Positions 43,429 through 53,212 of a DNA stretch of 64,000 nucleotides are shown piece by piece. Each line of letters opens with the position of its first letter. Positions within the stretch are counted from its first letter, which is position 1. Origin of the DNA: Gammaproteobacteria bacterium (lineage in GTDB: Bacteria > Pseudomonadota > Gammaproteobacteria > Natronospirales > REEB76); the NCBI GenBank assembly GCA_027315405.1, contig DAHUYB010000068.1, positions 13,391 through 77,390 of the forward strand. Direction: 5' to 3'. Both the position numbers and the translations under genes were made by a program. The notes beneath the pieces are model-generated. The model was not told the origin of the DNA, did no database searches, and was given only the letters and a program-made list of their open reading frames with translations.

Positions 43429-44529
43429 ATGTTCTCCGCCGCTGATCACGCCTTCATGGCCGAAGCTCTGCGGCTCGCGGAACAGGGGTTATATACCACC
43501 GACCCTAATCCGCGTGTTGGCTGTGTGCTGGTAAAGGATGGCAATGTCGTCGGCCGAGGTTTCCACCGCAGAGCGGGTGAAGCGCATGCGGAGGTGAATG
43601 CGCTCAAGCAGGCAGGCAGCGATGCTCATGGCGCCACGGTCTATGTCACGCTGGAACCCTGTGCGCACTTCGGACGTACCGGGCCCTGCGCCAATATGCT
43701 GGTGCAAGCAAACGTTGCACGGGTTATCGCCGCCATGGCGGATCCAAATCCACAGGTGGCCGGCAAAGGCTTTGAGAAGCTGCGGGCCGCCGGTATTGAA
43801 ACCGCCGTGGGTCTGCTGGCAACGGAAACCCGGGCGCTTAATCCGGGTTTTGTAAGCCGCATGACCCGCGGCCGTCCCTGGGTGCGCAGCAAGTTGGCGG
43901 TGAGTCTTGATGGCCGCACAGCGCTTGCCTCGGGCGCGAGCAAGTGGATCAGCGGTGAGGCTGCCCGGGAAGATGCGCAACGCTGGCGTGCGCGCAGCTC
44001 CGCGATTCTCACAGGCATTGGCACGCTGCTGGCAGACGATCCGGCGCTCACGGTACGTTTGCCGGGCGAGTGGCGCCAGCCCAGGCGCATTGTGGTGGAT
44101 GCGCAGTTGCGCACTCCGGCGGATGCACGGCTCTTGAAAAAGGCGGGCAAGACCCTCATTGCCACACTCGTTGCCGATGCCCGGCGCCACGCCGCCTTGG
44201 TGACTGCCGGCGCCGCCATCATGGTGCTACCTGCGGCTGACGGCCACGTTGATCTTGCTGCTCTGATGCGGCAACTCGCGGCAAATGAATGCAATGAAGT
44301 GCTGGTGGAAGCAGGCGCGGTTTTGAACGGCGCGCTGCTCAAGGCGGGGCTGCTGGACGAACTCATCATTTACATGGCGCCGCAGATATTGGGCGACACT
44401 GCCCGCGGCATGTTCAGGCTGCCGGCGCTGGACAGGCTGCAAGAGCGTATTGAATTGCAACTCGCGGATGTACGCATGCTGGGGTCTGATCTGCGCATCC
44501 TGACTGTTCCCCAGCCGAGGAAAAGTTGA
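43429..44529 (+). CDS. ribD: Bifunctional diaminohydroxyphosphoribosylaminopyrimidine deaminase / 5-amino-6-(5-phosphoribosylamino)uracil reductase
   Basis: HAEVNALKQAG and TLEPCAHFGRTGPC deaminase motifs plus the reductase domain. The start is the ATG at 43429, with the TTG at 43420 as an alternative. No recognisable SD. Confidence 0.9.
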   Translation: MFSAADHAFMAEALRLAEQGLYTTDPNPRVGCVLVKDGNVVGRGFHRRAGEAHAEVNALKQAGSDAHGATVYVTLEPCAHFGRTGPCANMLVQANVARVIAAMADPNPQVAGKGFEKLRAAGIETAVGLLATETRALNPGFVSRMTRGRPWVRSKLAVSLDGRTALASGASKWISGEAAREDAQRWRARSSAILTGIGTLLADDPALTVRLPGEWRQPRRIVVDAQLRTPADARLLKKAGKTLIATLVADARRHAALVTAGAAIMVLPAADGHVDLAALMRQLAANECNEVLVEAGAVLNGALLKAGLLDELIIYMAPQILGDTARGMFRLPALDRLQERIELQLADVRMLGSDLRILTVPQPRKS

Positions 44530-45134
44530 TGTTTACCGGAATGGTACAGGCGGTGGGTAAGGTGCAGACACTCGAAGCACGCGGCGGAGACCTACGCTTG
44601 CAAATACAGGCCGGTGATCTGGATACGGCAGCGCTGAAAATCGGGGACAGTATCGCCATGAATGGTTGCTGCCTGACGGTCGTCGGGAAACTGCCTGACG
44701 GCTTTGGTGTGGATGCTTCCCGGGAAACCTTGGCACTTACCACCTTTGGCGATCTCAAGGCGGGTACCGCCGTCAATCTGGAAACCGCCCTGACGCTCAG
44801 CACACCCTTGGGCGGCCACCTCGTGATCGGCCATGTGGATGGCGTGGGTGTGGTGCAAAGCCGCCGCGAGGATGCCCGTTCGGTGCGTTACGATATCGAG
44901 GTGCCGGTGGAACTGATGCGCTATATCGCCCGCAAGGGGTCCATCTGCGTGGATGGCGTGAGTCTGACGGTCAATGCTGTGGAGGCCAACCGCTTTGAGG
45001 TGAATATCATTCCTCACACCCTGGAACATACCATAATACGCGACTATCGCATTGGCACACGCGTCAATCTAGAAGTGGATCTCATAGCGCGCTATCTTGA
45101 ACGCCTGTTGGTGGCGCAGACGGTTTCTAATTGA
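44529..45134 (+). CDS. ribE: Riboflavin synthase (alpha chain)
   Basis: MFTGMVQAVGKV..., with the internal duplication (SIAMNGCCLTV / SICVDGVSLTV). Confidence 0.9.
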   Translation: MFTGMVQAVGKVQTLEARGGDLRLQIQAGDLDTAALKIGDSIAMNGCCLTVVGKLPDGFGVDASRETLALTTFGDLKAGTAVNLETALTLSTPLGGHLVIGHVDGVGVVQSRREDARSVRYDIEVPVELMRYIARKGSICVDGVSLTVNAVEANRFEVNIIPHTLEHTIIRDYRIGTRVNLEVDLIARYLERLLVAQTVSN

Positions 45135-45166
45135 CTCAGATCTGATTCTGGATTTGGAGAGAGTTC

Positions 45167-46303
45167 ATGCCAAGTACCGTGACGCAGATGAAATACGCGA
45201 ACCTGGATGCCATGGAGGATATCCTGAAGGACATCCGTGCGGGCAAGATGGTCATCCTCATGGATGATGAAGATCGTGAGAATGAGGGCGATCTCATCAT
45301 GGCGGCGGAGAAAGTGCGTCCCGAGGACATCAATTTCATGGCGCGTTATGGACGCGGTCTCATTTGTCTTACTCTGACCCCCGAGCGTTGCCGTCAATTG
45401 CGGCTGCCGCTCATGGTGAGTGAGACCAATGAAAACCGCACCACCAATTTCACACTCTCCATCGAAGCCGCAGAAGGCGTGACCACCGGCATATCCGCCT
45501 ATGACCGGGCGCACACCGTACGTACCGCGGTGCGGCTGGAAGCGGTGCCGGAAGACCTGAAGCAACCCGGGCATGTGTTTCCCATCATGGCGCAACCCGG
45601 CGGCGTGCTGACGCGTGCCGGCCATACGGAGGCCGGCTGTGATCTCACCCGCCTGGCGGGGCTGGAACCTGCGGCCGTGATCGTCGAAATCCTGAACGAG
45701 GACGGCAGCATGGCGCGCCGCCCCGATCTGGAAAAATTCGCGAAAGCCCATGATCTCAGGATCGGCACCATCGCCGACCTGATCAGTTACCGGCTCGCCA
45801 AGGAAAAAACCGTCGAATGCATCACCGAATGCAGGGTGCCGACAGAATTTGGTGAGTTCCGCATGGCGGTGTACGAAGATCGGGTCAACAAGACGGTGCA
45901 TTTGGCACTGATCAGTGGCGAGTTAAAACCCGAAGAACCCGTGCTGGTCAGGGTACATTTACAGAGCACCCTCAATGATGTGGTGGGGGTGCGCTGGGAT
46001 GATCTGGGCTGGCCGCTGCGCAATGCGTTGCGGCGGGTAGCCAAAGAAGGCGGGGTGGTGGTGATCCTGCGGCAACCAGAGGATCCAGCCGGGCTGGTGG
46101 AACGCCTGCGCGGCCACCTGAATGACGAGCTGCAAAACGAGGAAGCTGCACCCGATGGCGCAGTGCTGCGTACCTATGGCGTTGGCGCCCAGATTCTCCT
46201 GGACTTGGGGGTAAGGCGCATGCGCGTCCTGAGTCAGCCGAAGAAGATGCATGGGCTATCCGGCTTCGGTTTGGAAGTAGTGGAATATGTTTTCTGCGAC
46301 TGA
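45167..46303 (+). CDS. ribBA: 3,4-dihydroxy-2-butanone-4-phosphate synthase fused to a degenerate GTP cyclohydrolase II-like domain (RibBX type)
   Basis: The DHBPS half is intact ([24 protein letters not shown]). The GCHII-like half lacks the three Zn-binding Cys: it reads [21 protein letters not shown] where canonical RibA has VRVHSECLTGD..LRCDCG. Confidence 0.88.
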   Translation: MPSTVTQMKYANLDAMEDILKDIRAGKMVILMDDEDRENEGDLIMAAEKVRPEDINFMARYGRGLICLTLTPERCRQLRLPLMVSETNENRTTNFTLSIEAAEGVTTGISAYDRAHTVRTAVRLEAVPEDLKQPGHVFPIMAQPGGVLTRAGHTEAGCDLTRLAGLEPAAVIVEILNEDGSMARRPDLEKFAKAHDLRIGTIADLISYRLAKEKTVECITECRVPTEFGEFRMAVYEDRVNKTVHLALISGELKPEEPVLVRVHLQSTLNDVVGVRWDDLGWPLRNALRRVAKEGGVVVILRQPEDPAGLVERLRGHLNDELQNEEAAPDGAVLRTYGVGAQILLDLGVRRMRVLSQPKKMHGLSGFGLEVVEYVFCD

Positions 46304-46379
46304 CTAAAGCCAAGGACCGATTATAACGGCAAGCTTGCGGAGCTGGCGCAATCGGGTCTGGGGAGATGGCGCATAATCA

Positions 46380-48173
46380 TTGCCTGGCATCTGCCCTGAG
46401 GGCGCCGTGGTGCGCATCGATCAAAACCAGCAGGGGTTTTTCGCCCGCTTCAAACAGCACCACCTCTACCGGGTAGTGGTGGTGTATGCGATTTTTGCAT
46501 GGGTACTCATCCAGCTTTCTAACAGCGTGTTCATCGACTTCGGTCTTTCACAAAGTGCCGTACGTGTGCTGATTGTGATACTGCTACTGGGTTTCCTGGT
46601 AGTAGTAGCGGTGGCTTGGATGCTGATCAAGCCTCGCGATCCCACAAAACTCGGTCGCTGGCAGCGGCTGCACTGGAAACTGGGTGCTGTGCTTTCGGCA
46701 GCAATGCTGGTATTAGTAGTAATCTCCGCTTGGTCCACATGGAGGTATTCTGAACAGCACCCGTTCAAGGTTGTCGCTTGGTCTCCGGGCGCCCCCGCCT
46801 TTCAACCTTCTGCCGGCACCCTCGTGGTGCTGCCATTCACGAACTTGAATGCCGACCCCAAACTCCGTTATTTCAGCGACGGCATCACCCAGGACTTGAC
46901 CGATGCCCTGGGCGAGAATCCGGCGCTGCGGGTAATCGCCTGGGATACCGCATCCGCTTATCGTGATACGCAACAAAATGCGACCACCATCGGTAAAGCA
47001 CTCAATGTTGCCAACCTTCTACACGGTAGTATTCTGCGACAGGGGAACCGGGTACGGGTGACGGTGGAACTGGTAAATACCATCAGCGGTTACCAACTCT
47101 GGTCGGAACATTACGATGAGCAGCTCAAGGACATCTTTTCGGTGCAGGACGGGATTTCAGGCGCCATTGCCAGCGCGCTTGGAGTCCAGCTCGCGGTTGC
47201 CCCGGTAGGGCGGAGCATCAATCCCCAAGCCTATGACTTCTATCTTAGGGGCCGGACGGCAGCCGACCTTTATTCAACCGCGGATCTGAAAGCAGCGGAA
47301 CAGTATTTCAAACAGGCCCTGGCACTCGATCCTGATTATGCCGATGCCTGGGGCCGGCTGGCGCATGTATATATTGTTCTTAATCAGATAAGTGACTTGC
47401 CGCACAAAACGGCATTTAAACTAGCGGCCGCAGCAACGCATAAGGCGCTGACGCTCGATCCCAACAGTGTCCAAGCGCTAACCGCGTTAGGGAACATCTA
47501 CGCCGACACCCACCATCTTTCTGAGGCAAGAGCAGCCTATCAGCACGCCCTCGCGCTTGACCCCAGCGATGCAACGGCGCACATGGACTACGCGCTCATC
47601 CTGCCGTACACACAAGCCTTGGTCCAAGATCAGGTTGCTGTGCAGTTGAACCCGCGTAGCGTCATTGCCCAGAACAATCTGGCAGCGGACTATGTAAATG
47701 ATCACGACTATCTGCAGGCGCTGGTACCCATATTGGCCATGTTGCAATTGACGCCGGATAATATTGATGCGGCATTTAGTCTGGCTTTTGTCAACCAGCA
47801 GTTGCGGCATTATCCGGAAATGATGTCGGCATTTGACCTGGTGAGGCCAACCACGGCGCTTGACAAGCAACTGGCGGCCGCGGGAAAACTGACTTACAAA
47901 TCTCTGCTCGATCCTGCTCTGCGTGCTCAGGCCATGGATACCCTTGCGCACCTGCCGGCAGCAAAGCTCAGCCCCAACCAGCGATATGATCTCATCCAGT
48001 TGCAGCTCGCCCTCGGACAGGAGCATGCCGCCCTGCGGCTACTAACGTCTTTATGCGCCGCCGCGCCGGAAGATTGTACCGACCTCGCCATCAATCCCAA
48101 TTTTCAAGTACTGCACGGTAATCCAAGTTTCGAGAGGATCGCCCGGCGCTATACCACCACCACGCTCAACTGA
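46380..48173 (+). CDS. Membrane-anchored TPR-repeat protein
   Basis: 597 aa. N-terminal motif FKQHHLYRVVVVYAIFAWVLIQLSNSVF plus two TM segments. A conserved module (VVLPFTNLNADPKLRYFSDGITQDLTDAL) is followed by multiple TPR-like repeats. The start is non-ATG (TTG at 46380 or a nearby GTG) and uncertain. Confidence 0.7.
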   Translation: MPGICPEGAVVRIDQNQQGFFARFKQHHLYRVVVVYAIFAWVLIQLSNSVFIDFGLSQSAVRVLIVILLLGFLVVVAVAWMLIKPRDPTKLGRWQRLHWKLGAVLSAAMLVLVVISAWSTWRYSEQHPFKVVAWSPGAPAFQPSAGTLVVLPFTNLNADPKLRYFSDGITQDLTDALGENPALRVIAWDTASAYRDTQQNATTIGKALNVANLLHGSILRQGNRVRVTVELVNTISGYQLWSEHYDEQLKDIFSVQDGISGAIASALGVQLAVAPVGRSINPQAYDFYLRGRTAADLYSTADLKAAEQYFKQALALDPDYADAWGRLAHVYIVLNQISDLPHKTAFKLAAAATHKALTLDPNSVQALTALGNIYADTHHLSEARAAYQHALALDPSDATAHMDYALILPYTQALVQDQVAVQLNPRSVIAQNNLAADYVNDHDYLQALVPILAMLQLTPDNIDAAFSLAFVNQQLRHYPEMMSAFDLVRPTTALDKQLAAAGKLTYKSLLDPALRAQAMDTLAHLPAAKLSPNQRYDLIQLQLALGQEHAALRLLTSLCAAAPEDCTDLAINPNFQVLHGNPSFERIARRYTTTTLN

Positions 48174-48316
48174 CGTCCTTGGCCCACGCCTGCGCGGCAG
48201 GGGAATGGCCGTGCAAAGATGAACCGGGGACCCTTCACCAAGCTTTTCCAATGACGCGTCGTGCAACGCGGCAGCTCTCGGTTAGAATACGCATGGATTC
48301 CAACCGGTTCTTTAGC

Positions 48317-48793
48317 ATGACCACGCATCTCAGAATTATCGAGGGTGAAACCGCCGCCAGCGGGGCACGCGTGGCTATCGTGGCGGCACGCTTCAACGCC
48401 TTTGTGGTGGACAAGCTGGTGAGCGGGGCTTTGGAAACCCTGCATGCTCAGGGCTTACGGGATGAGAACCTGACGTTGGTGCGGGTGCCGGGCGCATTTG
48501 AAATCCCTCTGGCGGTGAAAAAGCTGGCTGCCGGCGGCGGGCAGGACGTGGTCATCGCGCTGGGTGCAGTCATCCGCGGTGAGACGCCGCATTTCGATTA
48601 TATGGCGGGTGAATGCGCCCGCGGCGTTTCCCGGGTGGTGTTGGAAACCGGAGTGCCGGTGGCATTCGGGGTGCTCACCTGTGACACGGTTGAGCAAGCG
48701 CTGGCGCGCGCCGGCGGTAACGCCGGTAACAAGGGCGCGGACGCGGCCCTGGCGGCACTGGAGATGGTCAATCTGTTCCGGAAACTTGGCTGA
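48317..48793 (+). CDS. ribH: 6,7-dimethyl-8-ribityllumazine synthase
   Basis: From the ATG at 48317: MTTHLRIIEGE..ARVAIVAARFNAFVVDKLVSGA..VPGAFEIPL..GAVIRGETPHFDY. Confidence 0.9.
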   Translation: MTTHLRIIEGETAASGARVAIVAARFNAFVVDKLVSGALETLHAQGLRDENLTLVRVPGAFEIPLAVKKLAAGGGQDVVIALGAVIRGETPHFDYMAGECARGVSRVVLETGVPVAFGVLTCDTVEQALARAGGNAGNKGADAALAALEMVNLFRKLG

Positions 48794-48796
48794 GCC

Positions 48797-49243
48797 ATGG
48801 CCGCAAGTTCCAAACCCGGTGCACGAGCGCGCGCACGTGCCCGGCGGCTGACCTTGCAGGGACTTTATCAGTGGCAGCTTTCCGGCGCGTTGCCCGCTGA
48901 CATCATTGTCCAGTTGTACGCTAACCAGAATACCAAGGATACCGATACGGACTATTTCGAGGAGCTGTTGCGTGGCGCCATTGCTGACAGCGATAAATTG
49001 GCCGCTGCTTTCACGCCGTATCTGGATCGTCCGCCGACGCAACTGGATCCCGTTGAACGCGCCATATTGTTGTTAAGCACGTATGAACTCAGCACGCATC
49101 CGGATGTGCCGTATCGCGTGGTGCTCAACGAGGCGGTGGAGCTGGCCAGGAAATTTGGCGCGGAAGACAGTCACAAATATATCAATGCGGTATTGGACAA
49201 GACTGCCGCTGAATTGCGCCGTTCCGAACGTGCAGCTGGTTGA
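48797..49243 (+). CDS. nusB: Transcription antitermination factor NusB
   Basis: 148 aa. ARARRLTLQGLYQWQLSG... and RVVLNEAVELARKFG..KYINAVLDK. Confidence 0.9.
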   Translation: MAASSKPGARARARARRLTLQGLYQWQLSGALPADIIVQLYANQNTKDTDTDYFEELLRGAIADSDKLAAAFTPYLDRPPTQLDPVERAILLLSTYELSTHPDVPYRVVLNEAVELARKFGAEDSHKYINAVLDKTAAELRRSERAAG

Positions 49244-49357
49244 GGTTATCCCCCCCCTCACCCTTCCCTCGGCAACTGCTCCCTGCGTTGCCCAACCTCC
49301 TACATCCCTGTGGTCGTCTCCCACAAGGGGAGGGGAAAGCAGTCAGGACAGTGATTG

Positions 49358-50311
49358 ATGGACGAATTTGAATTGATCCGCCGTTATTTTGCCAGCCAAT
49401 CCATGCGCAGGAACGATGTGCGGCTGGGTATCGGTGATGACGCCGCCATCCTGCAGGTACCGGCAGGACAAGAGTTGGTTGCCTCAGTGGATTCACTGCT
49501 GGCCGGCGTGCATTTCCCAACCGATTTGCCAGCGCAAGCCATTGGCCATCGGGCGCTGGCGGTAAACCTGAGCGATCTCGCCGCCATGGGCGCCGAGCCC
49601 GCCTGGGCCTTGCTGGCGCTTAGCCTGCCTCAAGCTGACCTTGATTGGATCCAGGAATTTGCGCACGGTTTCTTGGCGCTCGCGACACGTTACCAGGTAG
49701 CGTTGGTGGGCGGGAATCTGGCGCGCGGCCCGTTGAACATTGCGGTTACCGTGCACGGTTTTGTACCCACCGGCCAGGCACTCACCCGCAAAGGCGCGCG
49801 TGCGGGTGATCAGGTGTTCGTCAGCGGCTGGCTGGGGGATGCGGCGGCCGGCTTGCGGCATTTACAGGCACACACGCTGGCGACCGCAGCCGACAGTGGT
49901 GTGCAGCGTTTCTGCTTTCCCGAACCACGCATCCATGCCGGCCTGGCCTTGCGCGGTATTGCCAGTGCGGCTATTGATATATCTGATGGACTGGCGGCGG
50001 ATCTGGGACATCTGCTGGAAGCGAGCGGGGTGGGCGCGCAGTTGGAGGTGGGGCAGCTGCCCCTGTCGGCCTCATTGCTGCAACACGCCACCCGGGAACA
50101 GGCAATTAACCTGGCGTTATCCGGCGGCGATGATTATGAATTGTGTTTCAGCGTGCCGCGGGAGCGCATGATTCTGCTGGAATCGCGTCAGCATGAATTC
50201 GGTTGTCCCGTGACCCGGATCGGCGAAATTACCGCCGCCAAAACCCTGCAGTGCCTGCGAAATGACCGCACGGAATGGCCGTTGCGGGCTACCGGTTACC
50301 AACACTTCTAA
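49358..50311 (+). CDS. thiL: Thiamine-monophosphate kinase
   Basis: MDEFELIRRYF...GIGDDAAIL.. in the conserved nusB-thiL-pgpA order. Confidence 0.88.
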   Translation: MDEFELIRRYFASQSMRRNDVRLGIGDDAAILQVPAGQELVASVDSLLAGVHFPTDLPAQAIGHRALAVNLSDLAAMGAEPAWALLALSLPQADLDWIQEFAHGFLALATRYQVALVGGNLARGPLNIAVTVHGFVPTGQALTRKGARAGDQVFVSGWLGDAAAGLRHLQAHTLATAADSGVQRFCFPEPRIHAGLALRGIASAAIDISDGLAADLGHLLEASGVGAQLEVGQLPLSASLLQHATREQAINLALSGGDDYELCFSVPRERMILLESRQHEFGCPVTRIGEITAAKTLQCLRNDRTEWPLRATGYQHF

Positions 50312-50325
50312 GTAAAGACCCGTCC

Positions 50326-50820
50326 ATGCCCAATCGCCTGACCGCCTGCGAAGTCTTCAGCAATCCAATTCATCTGTTGGCCTATGGGTTCGGCAGCGGT
50401 CTGTCTCCGATAGCGCCTGGGACCACCGGTACTTTGGTGGGGATCCTCATCTATCTGCTGCTGATGCCAGTACCTCGTTGGGCGTATCTGGTTATCACCC
50501 TGTTGCTCTTTCTGGCTGGGATATTCATCTGCGGTTACAGCGCCCGCAAGATGGGCGTGGAGGATCCCGGCGCGGTCAACTGGGACGAAGTCGTGGGTTT
50601 TCTCGTCACCATGGCGTTCGCGCCTCATGGATGGCCGTGGGTGGTTCTGGGATTCGCGCTGTTCCGTTTCTTCGATATCCTCAAACCTTGGCCTATTCGC
50701 TGGTTCGACCGCAACCTGCATGGCGGTTTGGGTATCATGCTGGACGATGTGATGGCCGCGGTTCCCGCTGCGCTCATCATATATATAGTGACACTGATCA
50801 TGAAAATGGCCCGAGCCTGA
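50326..50820 (+). CDS. pgpA: Phosphatidylglycerophosphatase A
   Basis: NPIHLLAYGFGSGLSPIAPGTTGTLVGI, then NWDEVVGF and DILKPWPI. Confidence 0.88.
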   Translation: MPNRLTACEVFSNPIHLLAYGFGSGLSPIAPGTTGTLVGILIYLLLMPVPRWAYLVITLLLFLAGIFICGYSARKMGVEDPGAVNWDEVVGFLVTMAFAPHGWPWVVLGFALFRFFDILKPWPIRWFDRNLHGGLGIMLDDVMAAVPAALIIYIVTLIMKMARA

Positions 50821-50874
50821 TAACCGCATGCATACACTGGACATCCTGCGGCCAGGGCTGTAAAAGGTCCTCAC

Positions 50875-52197
50875 ATGTCAGACGGAACCTCCATGAACGC
50901 CCCTGCCAAGCTCGGTAAGTTCGTCATCACCCGGGAGCTGGGGCGCGGCGCCACCGGTACCGTCTATCTGTGTCACGATTCATTCCTGGGCCGGGACGTG
51001 GCCATCAAGCTCTACAACTTCGACGGCGATGCTACCGAAAAGGCAACCCGTACACGGCGCAAGTTGTTCTTCAACGAGGCCTATCTCGTTGGCAAGATGA
51101 ACCATCCCAATATTCTGCCCATCTTCGATGCCGGTGAGGATGCGGATCATTGCTACGTGGTGATGGAGTACGTGCGTGCCGCACAACCACTCACGATCTT
51201 CTGTCGCGCCGACAACCTGCTGCCGGTGCGCAAGGTGGTGGAAGTCGTATTCAAGTGCGCCAAGGCCTTGGATTACGCCCATCGCAAGGGACTGGTGCAT
51301 CGTGATATCAAGCCCGGCAACATTCTCATGACCGCAGAAGGCGATGTGCGCATCGTGGATTTTGGCGTGGCCCACATGGCAGGCAACGAGGAAGGGCAAC
51401 TCAAGGGACTGGTAGGTTCGCCCAGCTACATGGCATCCGAACAGATGCGCCAGCAACCCTCCACCGTGCAGACCGACCTGTATTCCCTGGGCGTGGTGAT
51501 GTACGAGCTGCTGACCGGCAAGCGGCCGTTCTATGGGGATAATCTTTCACGTCTCGTGCATCAAATCGTCTATGCCACTCCGCCACCGGTACATCGCCTG
51601 CGCCCCGATGTACCCGGAGTACTGGAAGAGATCGTGTACAAGGCCTTGGAAAAGGATCCGACGCGGCGTTACCGCAGCGGCCTGGAGTTTGCCACCGATT
51701 TGACGCGCGCGGTACGCACCCTCGACCAGCTGTCCGAGGAAATGGCGGAACAGGAACGCTTCAATATCCTGCGCAGACTGCGCTTCTTCGAGGATTTCAG
51801 TTATCCGGAGATTTACGAAGTGCTGCATGCCAGCCGCTGGCAAAGTTACGGCCCAGGCGAGCATATCGTGGTGGAAGGTGAGCTTGACGATTGTTACATC
51901 ATCGTCGTATTAGGCGACGCCGAGGTGCGCCGCGGCGACAGGAGCATCGGTATTTTGAGAGAGGGGGATTGTTTCGGTGAGGCCCCCTATCTGGAACAGG
52001 GCCGCAGTCTCGCTGGCATCACGGCCCAAACCACCATGAATGTGCTGCGCGTGAATTCAACGCTCATTGGTCAGGTGTCGCTGCAATGCCAGTTGCGCTT
52101 CCACAAGATGTTTCTCAAAACGCTCATTGAGCGGCTCACCCGTGGTGAGCGCAAAACGGACGCTATGGTGGAATCCACCGGCTCTGCCGAATCCTGA
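50875..52197 (+). CDS. Hanks-type Ser/Thr protein kinase fused to a C-terminal cyclic-nucleotide-binding-like domain
   Basis: Kinase motifs GRGATGTVY, VAIK, HRDIKPGNIL, DFGVA and SPSYMASE. The C-terminal approximately 120 aa (RFFEDFS..GEHIVVEGE..DCFGEAPYLEQGRS) resembles a cNMP-binding beta-barrel. Confidence 0.85.
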   Translation: MSDGTSMNAPAKLGKFVITRELGRGATGTVYLCHDSFLGRDVAIKLYNFDGDATEKATRTRRKLFFNEAYLVGKMNHPNILPIFDAGEDADHCYVVMEYVRAAQPLTIFCRADNLLPVRKVVEVVFKCAKALDYAHRKGLVHRDIKPGNILMTAEGDVRIVDFGVAHMAGNEEGQLKGLVGSPSYMASEQMRQQPSTVQTDLYSLGVVMYELLTGKRPFYGDNLSRLVHQIVYATPPPVHRLRPDVPGVLEEIVYKALEKDPTRRYRSGLEFATDLTRAVRTLDQLSEEMAEQERFNILRRLRFFEDFSYPEIYEVLHASRWQSYGPGEHIVVEGELDDCYIIVVLGDAEVRRGDRSIGILREGDCFGEAPYLEQGRSLAGITAQTTMNVLRVNSTLIGQVSLQCQLRFHKMFLKTLIERLTRGERKTDAMVESTGSAES

Positions 52198-52203
52198 GGC
52201 GGC

Positions 52204-53064
52204 TTACTTGGGCGCGGCTGCCGCGTTTCTGGGTTCCGCGTCTTTGTCCCGTTCCACCATGGCATAGGCCGAGTGGTTATGGATGGATTCGAAATTCTCG
52301 GATTCCACGCTGTAGGCACGGATACGCTCATCGGTATTCAGTTTCATGGCAATGTCGCGCACCATGTCCTCGACGAACTTGGGATTGTCATAAGCGCGCT
52401 CGGTAACATACTTCTCATCGGGACGCTTCAACAAGCCAAACAGTTCCGAGGAAGCTTCCCGTTCCACTACGTCAATCAATTCCTCCAGCCAGATAAAGCC
52501 GCGGGTCTTGCAGTTCACTGTCACGTGAGAACGCTGGTTGTGTGCGCCGTAATCGGAAATTTCCTTGGAGCAGGGGCATAGGCTGGTCACCGGGATCACT
52601 ATCCTGATGCGCAGGCAGTTCTGATTATCCTTGCGTTCGCCTATGAAGGTGACGTCGTAGTCGAGCAGGCTTTGCACTCCGGATACCGGTGCTTTCTTGG
52701 TGATGAAATAGGGGAAGCGCATCTCGATGTGGCCGGAACGGGCACCCAGGCGCTCGCTCATCTCGGTCAGCATTTCCTTGAATGATTCCACGGTAATTTC
52801 GCGCTCATAGTGGTTGAGTATTTCCACGAAGCGCGACATGTGTGTGCCCTTGAAGTTATGCGGCAGGTCCACGTACATATTGAAGGTCGCAACCGTGTGC
52901 TGTTCACCGCCGGAACGGTCCCGCACCCGGATAGGATGGCGAATGTCCTTGATGCCAACCTTGTTGATGGGTATGCGGCGGGTATCGGCGCTCGATTGCA
53001 CATCGGCGATGGGCAGAAGTTCAGCCTCGGCCGGGTGGCTGGGTGTCATGTTGAAGTCCTCCAT
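52204..53064 (-). CDS. folE2: GTP cyclohydrolase IB (FolE2/MptA family)
   Basis: [51 protein letters not shown]. The ATG at 53064 is preceded by GGGAGG. The longer 53289 start would overlap dxs. Confidence 0.85.
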   Translation of the reverse strand: MEDFNMTPSHPAEAELLPIADVQSSADTRRIPINKVGIKDIRHPIRVRDRSGGEQHTVATFNMYVDLPHNFKGTHMSRFVEILNHYEREITVESFKEMLTEMSERLGARSGHIEMRFPYFITKKAPVSGVQSLLDYDVTFIGERKDNQNCLRIRIVIPVTSLCPCSKEISDYGAHNQRSHVTVNCKTRGFIWLEELIDVVEREASSELFGLLKRPDEKYVTERAYDNPKFVEDMVRDIAMKLNTDERIRAYSVESENFESIHNHSAYAMVERDKDAEPRNAAAAPK

Positions 53065-53212
53065 CTGACGTACCTCCCAGGGCAGGTGCGGCGACCGGCG
53101 GATAAAAGGCGCGGGAACCGGGATTTTCCACTGGCGGCCGCAGATCGCGGCGCACGGACTGTCAATACGGATCGTTAGGCTAGCATAATCGGAGTCTGGA
53201 GGGGTGATCCGT

